From a virus (taxonomy: Duplodnaviria > Heunggongvirae > Uroviricota > Caudoviricetes), in the IMG/VR virus record IMGVR_UViG_2547132270_000012: 4,453 nt of DNA. One strand, written 5' to 3'. Below are positions 1 through 4,452 of the stretch, piece by piece. A program made the position numbers and the translations under genes. Numbering within the stretch: the first letter of the stretch is position 1; each line of letters opens with the position of its first letter. The notes beneath the pieces are model-generated. The model saw only the letters and a list, made by a program, of their open reading frames with translations, ran no database searches and was not told the DNA's origin.

Positions 1-303
1 AAAGTTAGCCACAACGTCATTAAGGGACCAACCTTTCGCGGTTGTTCCTTCCTGCCCACGAATGACTCTCAACACATCACCGCTTACCGATACCAGGTGA
101 CAAATCTCAAATGCAGACTCTTTATTATCGGTAAGCGTAATTTTTGCATAGACGCGTTGCTCGTTCGATTTATTTTCAAAATCGGCAGAAAGCAATTTTG
201 CAAATTTAGCCCCTGTACCGGGCATTACCGGAATATCGGTCTGGATCGTGGTGATATCACCAGCCAGTGCTGAAACAACGTTATTGCCGAATCCAAGAAT
301 CAT
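1..303 (-). CDS. tail-fibre protein, N-terminal part (partial; gene continues beyond window start)
   Basis: ATG at 303-301 overlaps the TGA (302-300) of the upstream gene as ATGA. Hand translation of the minus strand gives 101 sense codons to the window edge (MILGFGNNVVSALAGDITTIQTDIPVMPGTGAKFAKLLSADFENKSNEQRVYAKITLTDNKESAFEICHLVSVSGDVLRVIRGQEGTTAKGWSLNDVVANF...). Not in the ORF track because it is truncated by the edge. Product is inferred from its position after J-like and gp48-like genes (Mu gp47-gp48-S order); no recognisable motif was checked. Confidence 0.55.
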   Translation of the reverse strand, partial: MILGFGNNVVSALAGDITTIQTDIPVMPGTGAKFAKLLSADFENKSNEQRVYAKITLTDNKESAFEICHLVSVSGDVLRVIRGQEGTTAKGWSLNDVVANF

Positions 304-926
304 TTTTGAATCACCGTTGTTGCATAGGAATAAATAAAAGGGAGTTTTACATATTTCTGGTCAATGGCATCTTTCAGAAAATAGCCTATACCATCGCCAT
401 ACTCTGGTATCTGAATAGAAAAAACACTGTCCGATACAGTCACACTCACATCAAAAGTATGCTGTAACGGCGGGTCTATTCCGTTTTTTCCATGAATAAA
501 CCGCGCCACACGGCGCTTTAACCAGTCAATGCAGAAATGCGAACCGTCAGCCTTATAAAAATTCCACGTTAATATTCGTTTAAAATAATCATCAGGAACA
601 TACGATGCCTGCCCCGGAACGTAATTCCGCATTGCTGCATACGGGATCGTATTGTATTCAATGGTATCGTATGCGCCGCGTGCAATAGCCTCCTCGGAAA
701 CCTGTAGTAAAGGCCTTTCAACGCCATAAATACCAAGCGCAATCCAGTCCAGCAACTGTCCGGTTATTGACTCCGATGTCCAGCATGGCAACGCCAGTTT
801 ATTGAGTGAATCGAGATATTCCTGAGCGATTTCATTGTATGCATCAAAGAACGCAACAATATTCGGATCATCTCTGTACTGTACAAATGGATAAGCAGGA
901 AGAATTTTCTCAGTCAGATATTGCAT
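300..926 (-). CDS. phage baseplate wedge/tail protein, Mu gp48-like (DUF2612-type)
   Basis: Track ORF 300-1034 trimmed to the ATG at 926 (MQYLTEKILPAYPFVQYRDDPNIV...), which has an AGG about 9 nt upstream. The 36 codons upstream of it lie inside the J-like gene in another frame and are R/W/H-rich and not protein-like. Stop is TGA at 302-300; 208 aa. Size and position between a J-like gene and a fibre gene match the Mu gp48 family; the family assignment is from memory, not a search. Confidence 0.65.
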   Translation of the reverse strand: MQYLTEKILPAYPFVQYRDDPNIVAFFDAYNEIAQEYLDSLNKLALPCWTSESITGQLLDWIALGIYGVERPLLQVSEEAIARGAYDTIEYNTIPYAAMRNYVPGQASYVPDDYFKRILTWNFYKADGSHFCIDWLKRRVARFIHGKNGIDPPLQHTFDVSVTVSDSVFSIQIPEYGDGIGYFLKDAIDQKYVKLPFIYSYATTVIQK

Positions 927-2136
927 ACTTGTTGACCTGAACCTGTGATGCCACCGTCGAAAAATAAGAATAGGTATCGCCATAAACCAGACTCGTATCT
1001 TTCGTAGGCGAGACAATATGGCCGTTAATACCAATGCTCACACTAATTGTTGAGATCAACGTCGCATCAACCAGCAGCCTGACAGAACTGGTAAAAATAT
1101 CCTGGATACGCAGAAGATTTATCGGGTGTCCGACTTCAATTGAATTGATGTAATCAGCAACGTTTTGCTGCACAGCCATAGCAATACCCGCCGGATCAAC
1201 ATAATCATCAGACACCGTGTTCCAGGTGATTAGCACCATGACATTTTGTGATGACGGGATAACGAAAGGCACCTGATAAACGTCCGGCGAAACGGTTATT
1301 GAAACCGTGCGTTTTTCCACTGCCGCACCGGACGGATTGCTAACATCGTTGGTCAGTTTCGAAATATCCGGTACAGATTTGTAAATCGCATAAGCCACAT
1401 CATACGGATCACCGCCACCAACAACCGCAACCCATTTCCCCAGCGACGACTGCCGGAAAGAAATCAGGTTTTCGCGCACACCGCTTACTGATTTGAGCAT
1501 CGCTTTAAAGCAATCCGGTGTTCCCTGCACACCAAACATGCCGGACTCCATGACTTCGGCGCGGTATGATGCCCACGTCTGCGCCTCCTGACCGGGCATA
1601 CCTGCGGTAAGGTTCGTGCATTTTACAGGCTGATCTTTGGGTACCGATGTAATGACCTGCGTTACGGTTCCTTCCGGTACAGCCCATGAGCCTGACGTTG
1701 TGGCCACACAGTAGACTGGCTCAGTCTGCCCGCTTTCCGGTACCACCGTATCGCGGGAAACTGCATACTGGTAGTTGCCGTCACCGACAACAAATCCTTT
1801 AGGGATACCAAACCCCGGCAACGCCTCAAACACCACGTATACCGCCGTATTTGTACTTAATCCCTTCTGTGCTCCATAAATGTTTCCGAGTTGCATCAGT
1901 AACGGAATATTCGCGCCGTATGGGCTTACGGAGTTAATAAGATCAACCCGCGCCTGGTCTATTAATGCCAGCGCCCCGACTGCCGTGCTGGCAAGGTCTG
2001 TAATAAGTCCCGCCGGAAGGTTGGCTGTATATCCAGGTACTTTTTCGGCAACTCTGGTGATAAGATTCGCGAGCAAATCATTGGGTGGCGTAGGCTGCGC
2101 ACCCGCACTGGTCATAGTAATTGGTATTTCTGACAT
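910..2136 (-). CDS. baseplate J-like protein (Mu gp47 / P2 gpJ family)
   Basis: Long minus-strand frame (track 910-2178, which begins at a TTG). The first ATG, at 2136 (MSEIPITMTSAG...), is preferred; ATG 2115 is also possible. Stop is TGA at 912-910; 408 aa from 2136. The protein has the Gly/Val/Thr-rich block typical of Baseplate_J proteins (...LGNIYGAQKGLSTNTAVYVVFEALPGFGIPKGFVVGDGNYQYAV...VYCVATTSGSWAVPEGTVTQVITSVP...). Overlaps the next gene by 17 nt. Confidence 0.75.
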   Translation of the reverse strand: MSEIPITMTSAGAQPTPPNDLLANLITRVAEKVPGYTANLPAGLITDLASTAVGALALIDQARVDLINSVSPYGANIPLLMQLGNIYGAQKGLSTNTAVYVVFEALPGFGIPKGFVVGDGNYQYAVSRDTVVPESGQTEPVYCVATTSGSWAVPEGTVTQVITSVPKDQPVKCTNLTAGMPGQEAQTWASYRAEVMESGMFGVQGTPDCFKAMLKSVSGVRENLISFRQSSLGKWVAVVGGGDPYDVAYAIYKSVPDISKLTNDVSNPSGAAVEKRTVSITVSPDVYQVPFVIPSSQNVMVLITWNTVSDDYVDPAGIAMAVQQNVADYINSIEVGHPINLLRIQDIFTSSVRLLVDATLISTISVSIGINGHIVSPTKDTSLVYGDTYSYFSTVASQVQVNKYAISD

Positions 2137-2163
2137 ATTTAAAACCCATATAGGAGATTTTCG

Positions 2164-2766
2164 ATGGACAGCATTCAACTGGAAAATATAAGGAAAGAAA
2201 AGCCAGACAACATTTTCATAATTTTAGGAATTATTCTTATTAACCTTTTCCTATTATCATTTCTCTACATTCCCGAAAAATATGATCGTGTAATAACATT
2301 CACCTTCGCACTTTCAATCATATTATTAATTTATCTTGATTCCAGATTGTTAACAAAATCTGGGTATGAACCAACTATTTCAAGAGCATGGGTGATACTG
2401 TTCGGCGCATTCTTTTTTGTTTTCTGGGTATGGAAACGCTACACATGGTTCGGAGATAAAACAAGGATTCTTTTCTGGGTATTATTGTTATCGACAGGCG
2501 TATCTTTTTATTATTCATATAATACAGAGAACAATAAAATGCTTGGTGAAACAGCCTGTGAATTATCAACTCAAATCATGAGCGAACAATACAACCGCCC
2601 CGATATAAAGTGTTCAAGGGTCGTTGAAATTAAGGAAATTGATAATAATTTCTATAAGGCCAGAGCCATATTTAACAACGGCACAACACAAAGCATTACT
2701 ATAGATGTTAGAAAAGAAAATGGACAAGAGATGGTGTATGTAAGCCTAAATCCTTTAGGTAATTGA
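2164..2766 (+). CDS. hypothetical polytopic membrane protein (4 predicted TM helices plus ~80-aa C-terminal globular domain); candidate superinfection-exclusion factor
   Basis: ATG at 2164 preceded by a strong SD, AGGAG (2153-2157), with a 6-nt spacer. 200 aa with four hydrophobic stretches (about residues 17-36, 43-58, 75-90, 102-119) and a polar C-terminal domain (...CELSTQIMSEQYNRPDIKCSRVVEIKEIDNNFYKARAIFNNGTTQSITIDVRKENGQEMVYVSL...). GC is about 33% by hand count over ten 60-nt lines, against about 55% in the adjacent J-like gene. Function is an inference. Confidence 0.75.
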   Translation: MDSIQLENIRKEKPDNIFIILGIILINLFLLSFLYIPEKYDRVITFTFALSIILLIYLDSRLLTKSGYEPTISRAWVILFGAFFFVFWVWKRYTWFGDKTRILFWVLLLSTGVSFYYSYNTENNKMLGETACELSTQIMSEQYNRPDIKCSRVVEIKEIDNNFYKARAIFNNGTTQSITIDVRKENGQEMVYVSLNPLGN

Positions 2767-2785
2767 TCCCCACCCCTTTACAATC

Positions 2786-2811
2786 GCGCCCAATAAAGTA
2801 TGATTGGGCGC
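2786..2811 (+). promoter_or_regulatory. perfect 9-bp stem hairpin (GCGCCCAAT / ATTGGGCGC, 8-nt loop) 20 nt after the membrane-gene stop
   Basis: Arms at 2786-2794 and 2803-2811 are exact reverse complements. No U-tract follows on either strand, so it is not a classic intrinsic terminator; it could be an RNA stability or processing element or a protein-binding palindrome. Confidence 0.4.
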
Positions 2812-2846
2812 ATGAGGCGTCGAAACCTCTTACAAGCGGTACACAA

Positions 2847-2872
2847 CCAACCCCGTTAGTGTTGGATTTTTT
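2847..2872 (+). terminator. weak intrinsic-terminator candidate (5-bp stem CCAAC/GTTGG, 9-nt loop, then A-TTTTTT)
   Basis: Stem at 2847-2851 / 2861-2865 followed by a T6 run at 2867-2872, about 80 nt downstream of the membrane-gene stop. The stem is short, so any termination is probably partial. Confidence 0.3.
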
Positions 2873-2886
2873 ATGCCTGCTATTTA

Positions 2887-2909
2887 GTGATGGCACGATG
2901 TGCGATCAC
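2887..2909. promoter_or_regulatory. 23-bp near-palindrome (GTGATGGCAC-GAT-GTGCGATCAC), candidate operator
   Basis: 10-bp arms match in inverted orientation at 9 of 10 positions with a 3-bp spacer. It lies 13 bp upstream of the structured RNA element and about 130 bp upstream of the antirepressor-like gene. No convincing sigma70 -35/-10 pair could be assigned by eye. Confidence 0.3.
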
Positions 2910-2921
2910 ATCCCCGATCAA

Positions 2922-3002
2922 TGTCGGGAGGGCGACGAATACAACACCCGAAAGGGGAATAAGTCCGCGGTACTTGTAGCCGTTTCGAACCTCCCGACAC
3001 CA
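2922..3002 (+). ncRNA. tRNA-acceptor-like structured RNA element, candidate C4-like antisense/cis-regulatory RNA controlling the downstream antirepressor gene
   Basis: Perfect 10-bp inverted repeat TGTCGGGAGG (2922-2931) / CCTCCCGACA (2990-2999) enclosing 58 nt, followed directly by ACCA, giving an acceptor-stem-plus-NCCA look. It contains an internal CCC-GAAA-GGG tetraloop hairpin (2947-2956). Segment 2973-2989 is reverse-complementary at 14 of 17 positions to 3015-3031, next to the SD of the following gene. There is no canonical D or T arm, so it is not a tRNA. Strand and exact ends are inferred. Confidence 0.45.
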
Positions 3003-3014
3003 CTTTGGTTCTTC

Positions 3015-3034
3015 TTCGAAAAAGATACAAGAGG
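3015..3034 (+). promoter_or_regulatory. predicted target/anti-SD pairing site overlapping the ribosome-binding site of the AntA-like gene
   Basis: TTCGAAAAAGATACAAG (3015-3031) pairs with 2973-2989 as 7 bp + 1 bp + 6 bp. The SD AGAGG is at 3030-3034 and the ATG at 3040. Confidence 0.4.
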
Positions 3035-3039
3035 TTACT

Positions 3040-3609
3040 ATGACCATCCAACTGATTCCCGTTTTCAGCGGAACTATCTCAAACGAAACTATCCTTCTAT
3101 GCAATGCACGTGATTTACACGATTTTCTTGAAGTAGGAAAAGTGTTTGCAGCCTGGATTAACGCTCGCATTGAAGAGTATGGATTCGAAGAAAATAAGGA
3201 TTTTGTAGTTTTTTCCAATTCTGGAAAAAATAGCGTAGGTCGTCGCCGCAAGGACTACCACCTAACCCTGGACACCGCCAAAGAGCTGGCGATGGTTGAG
3301 CGCAACGAAAAAGGCCGCCAGATCCGCCGATACTTTATCGAGTGCGAGAAAAAGCTGCGCGATGCAACTCCAGACCGCAACAAAATCATCCACGGTTCTC
3401 CTCGAACTGTTGTCATCCGGTTGGACGACACCGGAAATGTCATTTATACCGAAACCGTACCGACTGATGCCGTAGTCTGCACACCTGAAAGTTATAAACA
3501 GTGGATGGAAAAATGCGGCTGGCTGGTCATTCGCCAGGAAGAACTACGACATATCACGCTGGACAGACTTTTTGCCGGATATGCTCAAACCGGAACCTGC
3601 GTCCGGTAA
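3040..3609 (+). CDS. AntA/AntB-family phage antirepressor-like protein (N-terminal AntA domain plus uncharacterised ~75-aa C-terminal region)
   Basis: ATG at 3040 with SD AGAGG and a 5-nt spacer; stop TAA at 3607-3609; 189 aa. The N-terminal ~110 aa carry the motif pattern I recall for AntA-type antirepressors (LIPVFSG...NARDLHDFLEVGK.F..WI..RIEEYGF.EN.DF.......DYHLTLDTAKELAMVERNEKGRQIRRYFIECEKKL). The domain call is from memory, not a search. Confidence 0.75.
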   Translation: MTIQLIPVFSGTISNETILLCNARDLHDFLEVGKVFAAWINARIEEYGFEENKDFVVFSNSGKNSVGRRRKDYHLTLDTAKELAMVERNEKGRQIRRYFIECEKKLRDATPDRNKIIHGSPRTVVIRLDDTGNVIYTETVPTDAVVCTPESYKQWMEKCGWLVIRQEELRHITLDRLFAGYAQTGTCVR

Positions 3610-3932
3610 CTGGTTCCGTTAAAAAACACAACATCGATGTTATAGGTGGGGTTCTCTGCCCCATCTACCTTTGAAATGGCCAATGATGCAAAATACCCGG
3701 CAAACTGTTGCTGAACCATGTTCACATAGTAGTCTGGGTAAATCTGCTGCACGATGCACTGCTGCGCAGGAATACCGTAATTCGCGTAAAACGGCGACTC
3801 CCCCAACCCCAGCTTTAACGTCTGAATGAGCGTCGTCAGCCAGCCGTAGGAGAAATCACCGTTGGCGTCAGATTCTACTGCAACCCATTTTTTGTTGCCG
3901 TTCGCGTCGGTGACGCGGCCCCATGTTCTCAT
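3585..3932 (-). CDS. hypothetical protein (115 aa), third gene of the small minus-strand cluster
   Basis: ATG at 3932 with SD GAAAGG and a 7-nt spacer; stop TGA at 3587-3585. GC is about 50% and the sequence is non-repetitive. Its 3' end overlaps the 3' end of the convergent antirepressor-like gene by 25 bp. Function unknown; a weak gp25/GPW-like G-x7-YG motif was noted but not accepted. Confidence 0.6.
   Translation of the reverse strand: MRTWGRVTDANGNKKWVAVESDANGDFSYGWLTTLIQTLKLGLGESPFYANYGIPAQQCIVQQIYPDYYVNMVQQQFAGYFASLAISKVDGAENPTYNIDVVFFNGTSYRTQVPV
3591..3618. other. hairpin (CGGAACC / GGTTCCG, 14-nt loop) at the convergent 3'-end overlap of the antirepressor-like and 115-aa genes
   Basis: 7-bp inverted repeat spanning the TAA stop of the plus-strand gene. 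It is followed on the plus strand by an A-rich tract (TTAAAAAACAC) rather than U-rich, so it is not a canonical terminator in either direction. Confidence 0.3.
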
Positions 3933-3935
3933 ACG

Positions 3936-4100
3936 TCAACCTTTCAAGTAAATTAGGGTGCCGGTAACCAGAGCGGTGCAAATGATCCACGCTACTGGAG
4001 TCAGAATATGCCGAATACCCCGACATACTGCGATTATTCTCGCAGCCTTATCAGCTCCTTTTGGGGTTGTCTCAGCCTTAAAAATCAGTTCGCTATCCAT
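3936..4100 (-). CDS. small hypothetical membrane protein (54 aa; below the ORF-track length cutoff)
   Basis: Hand translation gives ATG at 4100-4098 and TGA at 3938-3936 (MDSELIFKAETTPKGADKAARIIAVCRGIRHILTPVAWIICTALVTGTLIYLKG). SD AAAGG sits 6-7 nt upstream. The ATG overlaps the end of the preceding ORF, and the stop lies 3 nt before the ATG of the 115-aa gene. One C-terminal hydrophobic helix. Coding status rests on the compact arrangement. Confidence 0.4.
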   Translation of the reverse strand: MDSELIFKAETTPKGADKAARIIAVCRGIRHILTPVAWIICTALVTGTLIYLKG

Positions 4101-4287
4101 TTAGAACCTTTATGATCTCTGCGATCCCCGGAAGAGATTTGGCAACTGCAAACCCTCCGATAACTATAAGAACTGCATAAAACATTCTTCTCAGAACCGG
4201 ACTTCTTTCGAGCAATTTTAGAGCTTCCACAATCCAGTCTCCTCCGCTAAAATTAATCACGGAAGACCTCCAAACATACGTAATCAT
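4093..4287 (-). CDS. small hypothetical membrane protein (64 aa from ATG 4287, or 55 aa from GTG 4260)
   Basis: Track ORF; stop TAG at 4095-4093. The ATG at 4287 has a poorly spaced SD, whereas the in-frame GTG at 4260-4258 is preceded by GGAGG with a 6-nt spacer, so the shorter form may be the real one. Hydrophobic C-terminal half (MFYAVLIVIGGFAVAKSLPGIAEII). Confidence 0.4.
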   Translation of the reverse strand: MITYVWRSSVINFSGGDWIVEALKLLERSPVLRRMFYAVLIVIGGFAVAKSLPGIAEIIKVLNG

Positions 4288-4315
4288 CCCTTGCCTTATT
4301 CAAGGTCAGAAACAG

Positions 4316-4347
4316 AAAGCCCCGACTGTTTGCCCAGTCGGGGCTTT
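4316..4347. terminator. strong intrinsic (rho-independent) terminator, probably bidirectional
   Basis: 13-bp perfect stem AAAGCCCCGACTG / CAGTCGGGGCTTT (GC-rich 10-bp core) with a 6-nt loop TTTGCC. U-rich tracts follow on both strands (plus CGCTTTAT; minus TTTCTGTTTCTG). Confidence 0.7.
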
Positions 4348-4433
4348 CGCTTTATGGATGTAATTTAAAGTGAGCCGGTATTAACCCGGATTTGGTTGCT
4401 TCGACGTGATCGTGCTGCCGCCGCTTTGAACGC

Positions 4434-4452
4434 CAGCCACATCGTGGCTGGG
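4434..4452. other. perfect 8-bp stem palindrome (CCAGCCAC-ATC-GTGGCTGG) at the window edge
   Basis: Exact inverted repeat with a 3-nt loop. Context is cut by the window end; all three minus-strand frames are open from the edge for 20-30 codons, so it may lie inside the 3' end of a gene. Confidence 0.3.

Noticed and set aside
267-467. Plus-strand 66-aa ORF overlapping the gp48-like gene and fibre start.
   Set aside because: Antisense to two translationally coupled genes; no SD; spurious.
1505-1687. Minus-strand 60-aa ORF inside the J-like gene.
   Set aside because: Alternate frame of a well-supported long CDS; R/G-rich translation; spurious.
1880-2191. Plus-strand 103-aa ORF antisense to the J-like gene and running through the membrane-gene RBS.
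   Set aside because: Lies entirely within the J-like coding region on the opposite strand, in a different frame from the membrane gene. A typical shadow ORF in GC-rich coding sequence.
2375-2569. Minus-strand 64-aa ORF inside the membrane-protein gene.
   Set aside because: Antisense shadow ORF in AT-rich sequence; K/R/I-rich low-complexity product.
2708-2896. Minus-strand 62-aa ORF across the membrane-gene 3' end and intergenic hairpins.
   Set aside because: Antisense to a confident CDS and to the structured region; no SD; likely spurious.
2899-2910. TGTG-CGAT-CACA as a CRP or LexA site.
   Set aside because: Spacing does not fit CRP (TGTGA-N6-TCACA) or the LexA box (CTGT-N8-ACAG). Interpreted instead as part of the larger 23-bp near-palindrome.
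2922-3002. Possible tRNA gene or tRNA-derived att-site remnant (acceptor-like stem plus ACCA 3' end; TTCGAA motif).
   Set aside because: No D-arm or anticodon arm can be drawn, and there is no GGTTC...GAACC T-stem on either strand. The spacing between the stem halves does not fit a cloverleaf. Kept as a tRNA-mimic regulatory RNA instead.
2763-3113. Plus-strand ORF of 116 codons from a TTG (or 71 codons from ATG 2898) spanning the structured RNA and overlapping the antirepressor start; considered as an icd-like coupled ORF.
   Set aside because: No SD before either start, and it runs through the hairpins and inverted repeats of a region that looks non-coding. The product is low-complexity and charge-rich. 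In the P1 paradigm icd lies downstream of the antisense target, not across the RNA. Treated as a chance frame.
2880-3443. Minus-strand ORFs of 123 aa (2880-3251) and 62 aa (3255-3443) antisense to the antirepressor gene and RNA element.
   Set aside because: Both lie antisense to a confident CDS, have no SD, and give R/S-rich products; likely not translated.
3585-3932. 115-aa protein as a gp25/GPW-type baseplate wedge protein, which would make it the natural upstream partner of J.
   Set aside because: Only a loose G-x7-YG motif match (GESPFYANYG). The expected downstream EPR-type motif is absent or wrongly spaced, and the gene is preceded by small membrane ORFs and a terminator rather than spike or hub genes. 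Left as hypothetical.
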